Shown here piece after piece: positions 19,732-29,255 of a stretch of 64,000 nt of DNA. Position numbers and translations under genes: made by a program. Under the pieces are notes generated by a model, which was not told the DNA's origin, ran no database searches, and saw only the letters and a program-made list of their open reading frames with translations. This stretch comes from an uncultured Bacteroidota bacterium (GTDB lineage: Bacteria; Bacteroidota; Bacteroidia; Chitinophagales; Chitinophagaceae). Numbering within the stretch: the first letter of the stretch is position 1; every line of letters begins with the position of its first letter. Location of the stretch: positions 34,242-98,241 of the forward strand of contig CAIRYK010000094.1 in NCBI GenBank assembly GCA_903882805.1. Direction: 5' to 3'.

Positions 19732-19841
19732 TTATAATATTGGGTAAACAGGTAATACAAAGCTATTTGCAATGCCAGAGCCGCAATGAGTAGAGAGTAC
19801 CAGAAAAGCCAGTTTGTTTTTTCTACCTGTTTTTCGCTCAT
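19728..19841 (-). CDS. Unannotated 37-codon single-TM micro-ORF coupled to the symporter
   Basis: Encodes MSEKQVEKTNWLFWYSLLIAALALQIALYYLFTQYYK. Its TGA overlaps the symporter ATG (ATGA at 19728-19731). It falls below the ORF-track size cut-off. Confidence 0.5.
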   Translation of the reverse strand: MSEKQVEKTNWLFWYSLLIAALALQIALYYLFTQYYK

Positions 19842-19942
19842 GGATATTGTTTCAACCAAAGATCATTAAAACAGATGAACAATGGCATTAAAATAAAATC
19901 TAAAATTTCGTGAAAATTTCAACCGGCTATTCGCTAAAACGA

Positions 19943-19978
19943 AAGCAGGTTAGAAAATACCAGTTTTCTAACCTGCTT
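19943..19978 (-). terminator. Rho-independent terminator of ffh
   Basis: 15-bp stem aagcaggttagaaaa / ttttctaacctgctt. The minus-strand reading is followed by tcgtttt. Confidence 0.8.
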
Positions 19979-20022
19979 AATATAGGTACTATTACCGCAC
20001 AAAGGCGGCGATATGTTATAGC

Positions 20023-21357
20023 TTACTTTCTGCTGGGCATCATTCCGGGCATACCCATACCGGGGCCCTTCATCTTGTTCATCATGCCCATCATCTGCTT
20101 CATTTGTTCAAACTGCTTCATAAACGCATTTACCTCGCCTATATCTTTTCCGCTACCCTTTGCTATACGCTTACGGCGGCTACCATCTATCACATCCGGA
20201 TTGCTACGCTCGAATGGTGTCATTGAGTTGATCATAGCCTCAATTCCTTTGAATGCGTCGTCAGATATATCTATCTCTTTTATGGCCTTGCTCACGCCGG
20301 GTATCATTGCCAACAGATCTTTGATGTTACCCATTTTCTTGATCTGCGCGAGCTGCTCTCTGAAATCCTCAAAATCGAACTTATTAGCGCGTATTTTCTT
20401 CTCCAGCTTCTTGGCCTGCACTTCATCAAACTGTGCCTGAGCGCGCTCCACGAGCGTAGTGATGTCGCCCATGCCCAATATCCTCTGCGCCATACGCTCG
20501 GGATAAAAGATATCGAGGGCTTCCATTTTTTCGCCCATGCTCACAAACTTTATGGGTTTGTCAACAGTATAGCGAATGGTAAGGGCAGCGCCGCCGCGTG
20601 TATCGCCATCCAACTTGGTAAGCACCACACCGGTGAAGTCGAGGCGTTCATTGAACGCTTTTGCTGTGTTTACAGCATCCTGACCGGTCATAGAGTCAAC
20701 GACAAACAATATTTCCTGTGGGTTAACTGCAGACTTTATAGCCGCTACCTCATTCATCATCATTTCATCTATCGCCAGGCGGCCTGCGGTATCTATTATT
20801 ACAATGTTATTGCCATTTGCTTTTGCATGTGCAATCGCATTTTGTGCAATACTTACTGCGCTTTTGTTTTCCAGCTCCAGAAATACAGGAACCTTGATTT
20901 GCTCACCCAATACCCGCAACTGCTCCATAGCCGCAGGGCGATAAATATCGGCAGCTACCAGCAATGGATTACGACCTTTCTTGGTTTTAAGAAAATTGGC
21001 CAGCTTACCTGAAAACGTTGTTTTACCCGAACCTTGCAGACCAGCTATCAATATTACCGTAGGTTTACCTTGCAGGTTTAATTCTTCTTCTCTACCGCCC
21101 ATCAACTCCGCCAGTTCATCCTTCACAATCTTCACCATCAGCTGGCCCGGACTAACAGAAGTAATTACCTTTTCGCCTATTGCCTTATCTTTTATTCTGT
21201 CGGTAAGTTCTTTTGCAATCTTGTAGTTTACGTCGGCATCTACAAGAGCGCGTCTGATTTCCTTAACGGTAGAAGCAACATTTATTTCATTTATACGGCC
21301 TTCGCCTTTCAACAGTTTAAACGCGGAATCGAGCCGCTCACTCAGATTATCAAACAT
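20023..21357 (-). CDS. ffh: Signal recognition particle protein Ffh
   Basis: 444 aa. N/G domains with GLQGSGKTT and DTAGR, plus a Met-rich M domain (MKQMMGMMNKMKGPGMGMPGMM). Confidence 0.95.
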   Translation of the reverse strand: MFDNLSERLDSAFKLLKGEGRINEINVASTVKEIRRALVDADVNYKIAKELTDRIKDKAIGEKVITSVSPGQLMVKIVKDELAELMGGREEELNLQGKPTVILIAGLQGSGKTTFSGKLANFLKTKKGRNPLLVAADIYRPAAMEQLRVLGEQIKVPVFLELENKSAVSIAQNAIAHAKANGNNIVIIDTAGRLAIDEMMMNEVAAIKSAVNPQEILFVVDSMTGQDAVNTAKAFNERLDFTGVVLTKLDGDTRGGAALTIRYTVDKPIKFVSMGEKMEALDIFYPERMAQRILGMGDITTLVERAQAQFDEVQAKKLEKKIRANKFDFEDFREQLAQIKKMGNIKDLLAMIPGVSKAIKEIDISDDAFKGIEAMINSMTPFERSNPDVIDGSRRKRIAKGSGKDIGEVNAFMKQFEQMKQMMGMMNKMKGPGMGMPGMMPSRK

Positions 21358-21503
21358 ATATCGGATTTCAAATAAAAGGTAAAAATGGGATTGCGAAGTT
21401 AAGAGAAAAAACGGAAGGTTACTAAGGCTAATTATGCAATTTTATTACCGCTTATTCGTATAACAAACGCTTCTTCAGCCATTTTAGAATGTAAAGAATA
21501 CCC

Positions 21504-21511
21504 TACTTTTG
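21504..21511 (+). promoter_or_regulatory. Candidate -7 promoter box for tatD-tcdA
   Basis: Exact TAnnTTTG (tacttttg) 8 nt before the ATG at 21520. Confidence 0.35.
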
Positions 21512-21519
21512 AAACTGGT

Positions 21520-22176
21520 ATGCCTACCTACTACAACATACACAGCCACCGGCAGAACAATGAAGATACAGATGTGTTGTCGATTGTCAATTTCGCCCGT
21601 GATTTTTATGCATCGGCAGGTGTGCAGGCATGTAGTTTAGGACTTCATCCGTGGTATTTATGCAACCATAACGATGATTTTGCACAAATAAAAGCTTTAG
21701 CCGTTAATTCAAATGTACTCGCCATTGGCGAATGCGGTCTTGATAAAGTGTGCAAAACCGACTGGGCGTTACAAAACCTTTTATTTGAACAACAAATAAA
21801 ACTGGCCAACGAACTGCGCAAACCATTAATAGTGCATTGCGTAAGGGCTTTTGACGAGGTGAGCAATTTGTTGATAAAAACCGGATCTACTGTGCCGGTA
21901 ATACTGCATGGGTACAATAAGAAAATTGATATTGCCCGAAAAATGATAAGTAACGGTTATTATCTTTCGTTTGGCGCGGCGCTACACCACCCTTCTTCTC
22001 CGGCAGCCACAGTACTTTCCAGAATAGGCCCCGACAGATTCTTTTTGGAAACCGACGTTGCGGCTGTTAGCATAGAACAGGTGTATAAAAAAGCAGCCGA
22101 AATACGAAATACTGATGTAGATACCATTATTTTGCAGGTAAGAAATAATTTTCACACTGTTTTTAATCAACTATGA
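21520..22176 (+). CDS. tatD: TatD-family metal-dependent hydrolase
   Basis: 218 aa. N-terminal HSH, an IGECGLD motif and a later HC...HG pattern. ATGA overlap with the next gene. Confidence 0.8.
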   Translation: MPTYYNIHSHRQNNEDTDVLSIVNFARDFYASAGVQACSLGLHPWYLCNHNDDFAQIKALAVNSNVLAIGECGLDKVCKTDWALQNLLFEQQIKLANELRKPLIVHCVRAFDEVSNLLIKTGSTVPVILHGYNKKIDIARKMISNGYYLSFGAALHHPSSPAATVLSRIGPDRFFLETDVAAVSIEQVYKKAAEIRNTDVDTIILQVRNNFHTVFNQL

Positions 22177-22907
22177 CAGACACGGCCTGGCTATCGAGAA
22201 CGGAATTACTTATTGGCAACGACCGCCTCAACAAACTAATAAACGCACACGTATTGGTTGTAGGCATGGGCGGCGTTGGGTCGTTTGCGGCCGAATTTAT
22301 TTGCCGCTCAGGCGTGGGTGAAATTACAATAATAGATGGCGACGTGGTAGACCCTACTAACAGAAACCGTCAGCTACCCGCTCTTGCCACCAATCATGGA
22401 CAAAGTAAAGCCGACCTAATGGGGGAAAGATTGTTGCAGATAAACCCTGAACTAAAGTTGCATGTCATTCGCGAGTTTGTGCAACCGGAGCGTGTAGATA
22501 ATATGCTGCAGGGAAATATTGACTATGTTATTGATGCTATAGACAGCATAACGCCCAAACTGACCTTTTTAAAAGCTGCATATAATAAAGGACTAAAATT
22601 AGTAAGTTCGATGGGCGCAGGTGGCAAGTACGACCCAACCCGATTGCAGGTTACAGATATTGGTAAAACCTACAATTGCCCGTTTGCACAACAGATCCGT
22701 AAGCAACTGAAAGCTGCCGGCATATACAAAGGAATTAAAGTGGTTTTTTCGCCAGAAGAGCCGGTAAAGGAATCGATAATGCTCACAGACGGCAAAAACT
22801 ATAAAAAATCGGCTTACGGCACCATGTCCTATCTGCCGGCTACGTTTGGCGCCACATTGGCATCGGTAGTGATAAGGGACATAGCAGGAATTGAGCCCAA
22901 TAAATAA
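22173..22907 (+). CDS. tcdA: tRNA threonylcarbamoyladenosine dehydratase (ThiF/MoeB-fold, TcdA/CsdL)
   Basis: 244 aa. Contains VLVVGMGGVGSFAAEFICRSGVGEITIIDGD, a Rossmann E1-like motif. Confidence 0.8.
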   Translation: MTDTAWLSRTELLIGNDRLNKLINAHVLVVGMGGVGSFAAEFICRSGVGEITIIDGDVVDPTNRNRQLPALATNHGQSKADLMGERLLQINPELKLHVIREFVQPERVDNMLQGNIDYVIDAIDSITPKLTFLKAAYNKGLKLVSSMGAGGKYDPTRLQVTDIGKTYNCPFAQQIRKQLKAAGIYKGIKVVFSPEEPVKESIMLTDGKNYKKSAYGTMSYLPATFGATLASVVIRDIAGIEPNK

Positions 22908-22962
22908 AATGGGCAGCCACATACAGGCCGCCCATTCAAAAAACATAGAGATACTGGTATTA

Positions 22963-25005
22963 TCATTGCTTCAATTGCTGCAAATAAGCCTGATCAACTT
23001 GTGTAAAGCCCATTGATGTAGCTTTCTCCACATCTTTCAATGCTTGTGCTTTATTGCCTTTCTGGAAGAATATTTTAGATCGCAGATAATAGGGTTCTGG
23101 CAGCTCCGGCTTCAACACTATTACTTTCTGGTAGTCGGCCATAGCTTCATCCAGTTTATTTTGGCGCATAAATATTCGCGCTCGGTTCATATAAGGTATG
23201 TACGCATCAGGGTTCTGATTTATAGAAACACCATATTCCACAAGCGATGAATCGAGCTTACCTACAATATCCAGATAATTAGCATAATTACTATGCCCTT
23301 CGGGAGAAAAAGGCTTGAGTTTTAAGGCCATTTTAAAAGCGTATTCCGCCGAATCGTATTGCTGCTTTATAGCATACACAACACCCAAACCAAGAAAAAC
23401 AGCTTCATTTTTGGGGTCGATCTTCATCGCTTTTTGATAGGTTATTTTCGCATCGTCGATTTGATTAAAGTGACGTTGCAATTCAGCTATACAAACTGTA
23501 GGTTGCAAATAGTCAGGTTTGCGCGCTACCGACATGTTGAAGAAATACATGCTCGAATCGGCATACATCTGCTTTTCTTTGGCATTTGTTGATGATTCAA
23601 ATTTGGTAAAATACTCTTGCCCAATGTAGAAGTAAGCCACTGGCGCTTCGGGATGTTTTTCCATATCATCCTTCCAAAGGCTGATAGAGTCGTACCAGTC
23701 TTTGCACCGTTCATTACTCATATAGCCTAAAACAAGGCAGTACACCAACACCCCCCCAAAAACAGGCTTCGCCAAAGCGTTTGGTGATGGGCCTTCAAAC
23801 AGCTCTGACACAAACCAACCCACTATAAAAAACAAACCGAGGTAAGGGATATAACCATAACGATCGGAAAGGATGGCCCCGCCAACAGGAATAAACTGCA
23901 ACAACAGAACAATGTTGATGAGGAAGAAGGCAATACCAAATAATACTTGCTTAGACCTACGACCAAAAAACCAAACCAATAAGGCAATGCCAATAATTAT
24001 CACCGGATAGATGTAGTAAACACCGGGTAACGAATCGCCTACCTTGAGAGGATATGGATAAAAATTACTTAACCCTACTGGCACAACAGCCTTCCAGAGG
24101 TAAGCCCACAAAGCATAGCAACCCAATGCAATACGCTCGAGTGGATTGAAACTGGCATCGAGCGAACCAAGTGCGCCAATATCTTTCTGCGCCTTTACTG
24201 ATAACAAACCAAACAACAAAGAGAGACCAAAATGAGGAATTTTCTCAATCAGCAGCTTGATGCTGATTTTGCGATTTTCGAGATAGTCAACCGCAAACAA
24301 GGCTACCGGCAAACTCACCGCCACCGATTTAGCAAGCAGCGAAAGTGCAAACAAGGCAATACCTAATATATACCACAACATTTTCTTGCTCCCCTCGCTC
24401 CTTATATAATCTATATAAGTAGTAAAGGTGAGTACAAAAAAGAAGCCATAAAGTAGGTCTTTTCTACCGGCGCCCCAAGCTACCGACTCGACGTGCATTG
24501 GGTGAAGTCCGAAAAGCAAGGCCGCTACCGTGGCGGCTACCAGTCGGCCGGTTTGCTTTTTCACAAAATAGAATACGGCAATAGTCACCAAAACATGCGT
24601 GATAACGCTGTCGAAGTGGTAAAGCCATGGCTCGAGCCCAACCTTCTTATATTCTAGCGCGTAGAGCAAAATGGTAAGTGGATGATAGTTACCCATTACC
24701 GGATGATCAATAGAAAAGATGTTCTTCAACCAGTCGTCAGAAGTATCTTTTATCAATTGATTGGTGATGATGTATCCCAGATCGTCCCAGTTTGTAAACT
24801 GATTATCGCAGCAGGTTTTAAAAAACAAAAATGTAAGCGCTGCAATTGCCGAAACAATGACTAATGGAGCATACCACGCCGATAAAAAACCATTATCCTG
24901 CTTTACAGCAGCCGTTTTAGCGGCGGCGGGTTTAGGTGCGTTTGCAGGACTTTTTTGCGCTGCACTGCCAACGGGGGTATTGGGGTTGTTGATTTTTTTT
25001 GCCAT
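22963..25005 (-). CDS. Polytopic GT-C-like membrane protein with C-terminal TPR array (TMTC/PMT-like putative protein glycosyltransferase)
   Basis: 680 aa. Low-complexity N-terminus, then about 10 TM helices with WDD in the first loop and HPMHVESVAW (DUF1736-like). The final about 250 aa are TPR repeats. Confidence 0.6.
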   Translation of the reverse strand: MAKKINNPNTPVGSAAQKSPANAPKPAAAKTAAVKQDNGFLSAWYAPLVIVSAIAALTFLFFKTCCDNQFTNWDDLGYIITNQLIKDTSDDWLKNIFSIDHPVMGNYHPLTILLYALEYKKVGLEPWLYHFDSVITHVLVTIAVFYFVKKQTGRLVAATVAALLFGLHPMHVESVAWGAGRKDLLYGFFFVLTFTTYIDYIRSEGSKKMLWYILGIALFALSLLAKSVAVSLPVALFAVDYLENRKISIKLLIEKIPHFGLSLLFGLLSVKAQKDIGALGSLDASFNPLERIALGCYALWAYLWKAVVPVGLSNFYPYPLKVGDSLPGVYYIYPVIIIGIALLVWFFGRRSKQVLFGIAFFLINIVLLLQFIPVGGAILSDRYGYIPYLGLFFIVGWFVSELFEGPSPNALAKPVFGGVLVYCLVLGYMSNERCKDWYDSISLWKDDMEKHPEAPVAYFYIGQEYFTKFESSTNAKEKQMYADSSMYFFNMSVARKPDYLQPTVCIAELQRHFNQIDDAKITYQKAMKIDPKNEAVFLGLGVVYAIKQQYDSAEYAFKMALKLKPFSPEGHSNYANYLDIVGKLDSSLVEYGVSINQNPDAYIPYMNRARIFMRQNKLDEAMADYQKVIVLKPELPEPYYLRSKIFFQKGNKAQALKDVEKATSMGFTQVDQAYLQQLKQ

Positions 25006-25071
25006 GCCTTTGTAAAAATAATTGTAGTAGCGCTAAAGTAATCTATTCCTTGTTTTTTTATAAAAATCGGG

Positions 25072-25108
25072 AGCGCCAATTAATCTTAATATCAGAGTAA
25101 TTGGCGCT
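25072..25108 (-). terminator. Terminator hairpin downstream of the 25169 gene
   Basis: 11-bp perfect stem agcgccaatta / taattggcgct with a 15-nt loop. Confidence 0.55.
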
Positions 25109-25168
25109 AGTAAATGACAATATATAGTTGTGTTGCAAAGCCAACGTTACATGTGGCTATAACGAAGA

Positions 25169-25978
25169 TTATTTTGCGCTCTTATCAAAAACAAACTTAT
25201 TCCCATCATATTTGTAAGTAAGGTAGTCGCGCGTGCATGTTTCGCCCAGCACTATGGGTACTTTAAGGATTTGCTTCTTTTTATCGAGCGCTATAACCGG
25301 CTTATAGCCCGACTGCTCCATATCGTAATACGATCGGTTGCTACAGTTAAAACTAATATAGTCGTATGTTTTAGCCTTAGTCTCGAACATGGGAACAGTT
25401 TTCAGACTATCGTGCGCAATTGTATATGCAATTACACCGCCTGTTATAGATCCGTCAGTGCCTCGCGGCATATCCACAACCAAATAAATAGTGTTATTTT
25501 CTTTATTTTTCAAAGTTTTAACTGCTGCATATTTTACACCAGGGTCTCCACCATATCCATCAATATCCTCTATGTCCACAACTTTCACTTGCTCGCCAGT
25601 CCTGTATTGAGCCACATCAAAAAGGATTTGCATGGTTCCTCCCGACGACTTTGTATCCCAGGAATAAAAACGAATTTTCTTGTCATCGGCGGTAACATAG
25701 TTCAATCCCTTTTCTTTTGCTTTAGGAAAGTTGGCGGTAATAGTAGCAGGCACGGCAATGCAAACCTGCTTCAGGTAGGCGTCCATTCGCTTGTTTATGT
25801 TTATCAGGGTATCAAGCTTTTTGCCCGGGTCTATACCCGGATTACCGGCATAAAACGATATCTTATCAAGGTAATCGGCTAGTTTAGAGTCAATTTCTTT
25901 GATAGATTGCGCATTAGCCTGCTGAGCGCCAAAAAATACAGAAACAGAGAGAGAAAGAATAATAATTGCTTTAATCAT
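25169..25978 (-). CDS. Secreted hypothetical protein
   Basis: 269 aa. Signal peptide ends QANA|Q and composition is normal. The long antisense ORF at 25271-25882 is rich in Cys, His and Arg and looks spurious. Confidence 0.6.
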   Translation of the reverse strand: MIKAIIILSLSVSVFFGAQQANAQSIKEIDSKLADYLDKISFYAGNPGIDPGKKLDTLININKRMDAYLKQVCIAVPATITANFPKAKEKGLNYVTADDKKIRFYSWDTKSSGGTMQILFDVAQYRTGEQVKVVDIEDIDGYGGDPGVKYAAVKTLKNKENNTIYLVVDMPRGTDGSITGGVIAYTIAHDSLKTVPMFETKAKTYDYISFNCSNRSYYDMEQSGYKPVIALDKKKQILKVPIVLGETCTRDYLTYKYDGNKFVFDKSAK

Positions 25979-26064
25979 TGATGGAGTTTTTCATACCTAT
26001 GTATATACAGCAAATGTACAAAATTTAGTGCGCTGCATATCGCCTGAAAAACCAATAAAAACCA

Positions 26065-26101
26065 AATGCCTGCCAAATCGTTCATTGACTTGGCAGGCAT
26101 T
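26065..26101 (-). terminator. Rho-independent terminator of the helicase gene
   Basis: Stem aaatgcctgccaa / ttggcaggcatt. The minus-strand reading is followed by tggttttta. Confidence 0.75.
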
Positions 26102-26122
26102 CGGTTTTATAAAAAGAAAAAA

Positions 26123-27433
26123 TTAGTTATCCGAGTTACGTGGAGCGGGACGTTGCGCCGGGCGCGACTGCCCCTGGCCTTGTCTTGCCCCACCGCTGTG
26201 CTGGCGTTTGTTGTTGCGAGAATTGAAAGCCGAAACCGCATTGGGACGACGCACGACTTCTTTGTTTTTGGGCAAATTTATCTGCACCATACCGCTTGCT
26301 GCCATGGGCCATGGGTGCTTGTCGTTTACAGGTATTTTTTGCGCTGTCAGTTTCAAAATGTTGCGCCAATCCTGCATTTCCTCATCATCGCAAAACGACA
26401 TTGCAATTCCACTTGCGCCAGCGCGACCAGTACGACCAATACGATGCACATAGGTTTCGGGCACTTCAGGTATTTCGTAATTGATAACATGACTGAGCAA
26501 ATCGATATCTATACCGCGGGCAGCAATATCGGTAGCTACCAATACACGTATTCTTCCTTCCTTAAAATTGCTTAGGGCGCGTTGGCGGGCATTCTGGCTC
26601 TTATTGCCATGTATCGCCTCCGCCTTGATATTAGATTTCTCCAGGTCTTTTACCACCTTATCTGCACCGTGTTTAGTACGTGTAAACACAAGCGCCGTTT
26701 GTATGTCTTTATTGTCCAATACATAAGCAAGCAGGCTGCGTTTGTCTTTCTTATCCACAAAAAACACCGACTGTTCTACCAATTCAGCTGTAGAACTTGG
26801 CGGGGTTACCGCTACATGTTCCGGCTTTACAAGAATCGTATTAGCCAGCTTCTGAATTTCAGGTGGCATGGTGGCGCTAAAGAAAATTGTTTGCCTTTTT
26901 AAGGGTAGTTTGGCTACAACTTTCTTTACATCATGTATAAAGCCCATATCCAGCATCCTGTCGGCTTCATCAAGCACAAATATCGACAGATCTTTGAGGT
27001 TGATATATCCTTGCGTCATAAGGTCTAAGAGTCGGCCGGGAGTTGCAATCAAAATATCTACCCCTCTGTTAAGGGCTTGAGTTTGCGCGCCCTGAGGCAC
27101 ACCGCCAAAAATAACCGTATGCCTCAGATTCAAGTGACGACCATAGGCTGCAAAGCTCTCGCCTATCTGTATTGCCAGCTCGCGTGTGGGTGTAAGTATC
27201 AGCGTTTTGATATTCTTATGGCTACGACCAGCGTGGTCGGCGTTAAGCAGCTGTAATATGGGTATTGCAAAGGCTGCGGTTTTGCCAGTGCCTGTTTGGG
27301 CACATCCTAAAAGGTCTTTACCCTCCAGTAAAAACGGGATACTCTGTTCCTGTATTGGCGTAGGTTGGGTATACCCTTCTGTCTCCAGCGCCTTCAAAAT
27401 TGGGGCGATGAGATTTAATTCGTTAAATGTCAT
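26123..27433 (-). CDS. rhlE: DEAD-box ATP-dependent RNA helicase (RhlE-like)
   Basis: 436 aa. Q-motif, [12 protein letters not shown] (VLDEADRML), SAT and [10 protein letters not shown] are present, plus a basic Gly/Arg/Gln-rich tail. Confidence 0.9.
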   Translation of the reverse strand: MTFNELNLIAPILKALETEGYTQPTPIQEQSIPFLLEGKDLLGCAQTGTGKTAAFAIPILQLLNADHAGRSHKNIKTLILTPTRELAIQIGESFAAYGRHLNLRHTVIFGGVPQGAQTQALNRGVDILIATPGRLLDLMTQGYINLKDLSIFVLDEADRMLDMGFIHDVKKVVAKLPLKRQTIFFSATMPPEIQKLANTILVKPEHVAVTPPSSTAELVEQSVFFVDKKDKRSLLAYVLDNKDIQTALVFTRTKHGADKVVKDLEKSNIKAEAIHGNKSQNARQRALSNFKEGRIRVLVATDIAARGIDIDLLSHVINYEIPEVPETYVHRIGRTGRAGASGIAMSFCDDEEMQDWRNILKLTAQKIPVNDKHPWPMAASGMVQINLPKNKEVVRRPNAVSAFNSRNNKRQHSGGARQGQGQSRPAQRPAPRNSDN

Positions 27434-27682
27434 TATTATTTATTAAAAATTAGAGGCTCTGTCAGTAACTAAAAAAAGGTTGGAAACACAGCTATAAAAA
27501 GCAAAGGTACGATTAATTTATTTAATAGGTTTTAACAGTATCGTACAACCTTAAACATTAACCTTTGGACCCAGGTCGCTACAAATGAACGTCAATACCT
27601 TGTGTTCAAAAGTGTGTAAATGAAGAGCATTGCCCGCATACATTTATTTAGGCGCAACAATGTTGCAATAGCTAAAAATAAT

Positions 27683-27714
27683 TCGGGCTGCCTCTGTAGT
27701 AAGTGGCAGCCCGA
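27683..27714 (-). terminator. Rho-independent terminator of the E2 gene
   Basis: Stem tcgggctgcc / ggcagcccga. The minus-strand reading is followed by aattattttt. Confidence 0.75.
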
Positions 27715-27739
27715 GCTAATATATCGAATTAACGTAAAA

Positions 27740-29086
27740 TTAAACTCCCCTGTTTGCATCAAATGCTTCCAGTTCGTTGGCTACCGCAGTCAGGAAGCTG
27801 GCGCCTATTGATCCATCTACTATACGGTGATCGTAACTCAGCGACAAATACATCATATGCCTTATGGCAATAACATCGCCGTCCTTAGTTTCCAATACCA
27901 TTGGGCGTTTTTTTATTGCGCCTACAGCAAGTATAGCCACCTGCGGCTGATTGATAATAGGCGTACCCATTAAACTGCCGAAAGTACCCACATTGGTAAC
28001 AGTAAATGTGCCGCCTTGAGTATCATCTGCCTTCAGTTTGTTGTTGCGGGCCGCATTAGCCAACGCATTTACATCCTTAGCCAGACCCAGTAGATTTTTA
28101 GTATCTGCGTTTTTAATTACCGGTACTATTAGGTTACCACTTGGTAGCGCTGTAGCCATACCGATGTTGATATCTTTTTTAATAATGATATTATTTCCAT
28201 CTAGGCTGCAATTGATAAGCGGGAACTTACGGATACATTTAACAATTGCTTCGAAGAAAATAGGTGTAAATGTTATTTTCTCCCCATACTTATGTTCAAA
28301 TGGGCCCTTCACGCGATCTCTCCATTTTACTATACTGGTTACATCAGCTTCAGTAAAGCTGGTAACATGTGGAGAAGTTGCTTTACTGCGCACCATATGA
28401 TCGGCAATCAGCTTGCGCATACGGTCCATTTCAACAATTTCCACATTGCCGCCTATAACTGTTGCTGGACCAGGAGTAGAAACTGGCGCTGCAACTGGCG
28501 CTGGAGCAGGAGTAGCGGCTACTACCGGTTGTGCAACTGGCGCTGCAGCTACAGGAGTCGCTACCGGAGCTGCAACAGGTGCAGCGCTTCTGTTAGCAAC
28601 ATAGTTTAATATATCTTTTTTGGTCACACGGCCTTCGTTTCCTGTGCCGGGTATGCGCTCCAGTTCAGCCATGCTCACACCTTCAGCGCCGGCGATGTTC
28701 AATACCAGCGGAGAATAGAATTTAGAGCCCGAGCCACCTGAAGTAGTTGCGGCCACAGGAGCGTATTGCGGCGCTGCGGCAGCTACCGGCGCAGGTGCGG
28801 CCTGAGCAGCTACCTGTGGGGCAGGCGTAGCAACAGCTGCTGCTCCACCCGACTCAATACGCGCTATTACAGCGCCTACAGGCACTACATCGTTAACCTT
28901 GTAAAGCAACTCAACAACAACGCCGGCGGCTGTAGATGGCACCTCGCTATCCACTTTATCGGTAGCTATATCCAGCAGGGTTTCGTCCATTTTCACATGG
29001 TCGCCCGGCTGCTTGTGCCATTTTAGCACAGTAGCTTCCATTATACTCTCACCCATTTTCGGCATTACAAGATCAACAATCGCCAT
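27740..29086 (-). CDS. 2-oxo-acid dehydrogenase complex E2 component (dihydrolipoamide acyltransferase)
   Basis: 448 aa from MAIVDLVMPKMGES. Lipoyl domain with DIATDKV, two Ala/Pro linkers, a peripheral-subunit-binding domain, and a catalytic domain with SLSYDHRIVDG. The 41 extra codons in the track ORF are hydrophobic junk. Confidence 0.88.
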   Translation of the reverse strand: MAIVDLVMPKMGESIMEATVLKWHKQPGDHVKMDETLLDIATDKVDSEVPSTAAGVVVELLYKVNDVVPVGAVIARIESGGAAAVATPAPQVAAQAAPAPVAAAAPQYAPVAATTSGGSGSKFYSPLVLNIAGAEGVSMAELERIPGTGNEGRVTKKDILNYVANRSAAPVAAPVATPVAAAPVAQPVVAATPAPAPVAAPVSTPGPATVIGGNVEIVEMDRMRKLIADHMVRSKATSPHVTSFTEADVTSIVKWRDRVKGPFEHKYGEKITFTPIFFEAIVKCIRKFPLINCSLDGNNIIIKKDINIGMATALPSGNLIVPVIKNADTKNLLGLAKDVNALANAARNNKLKADDTQGGTFTVTNVGTFGSLMGTPIINQPQVAILAVGAIKKRPMVLETKDGDVIAIRHMMYLSLSYDHRIVDGSIGASFLTAVANELEAFDANRGV

Positions 29087-29255
29087 ATTATAATCTGTTA
29101 TTAAAAAAATTAAAACGCTGCAAAAATAAACAATCAAAGGGCAAAAGTAAAAAGTATCGGCGAACCTTACAATTTTGATTACCCATAAACCCAAAATATC
29201 AACACACAACTAACAAACTGAGCAAATAATGCCCTATAAATACTTCCTGCTAACG

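Noticed and set aside
19910-20440. 176-aa plus-strand ORF
   Set aside because: It is antisense to the highly conserved ffh gene. Its composition (Ile/Ser/Phe/Cys-rich, no motifs) is typical of a shadow ORF, and its 5' part spans the ffh terminator.
25271-25882. 203-aa plus-strand ORF overlapping the 25169-25978 gene
   Set aside because: The product is rich in Cys, His, Arg and Ile and has no signal or domain pattern. The minus-strand frame has a clean signal peptide with Gln+1 and balanced composition.
26066-27446. Several plus-strand ORFs of 62-169 aa
   Set aside because: All are antisense to the DEAD-box helicase gene, which has a full motif set on the minus strand, and none has recognisable features.
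28413-28860. Repetitive gca/gct/ggc-rich DNA that looks like short tandem repeats, plus Ala/Gly/Thr-rich antisense ORFs
   Set aside because: This is the coding sequence of the two Ala/Pro-rich inter-domain linkers of the E2 acyltransferase. It is low-complexity coding DNA, not a repeat element or CRISPR array.
29087-29209. 41-codon N-terminal extension of the E2 ORF
   Set aside because: The extension is hydrophobic and Cys/Phe-rich. E2 proteins start directly with the lipoyl domain (MAIVDLVMPKMGES), so the ATG at 29086 is preferred.
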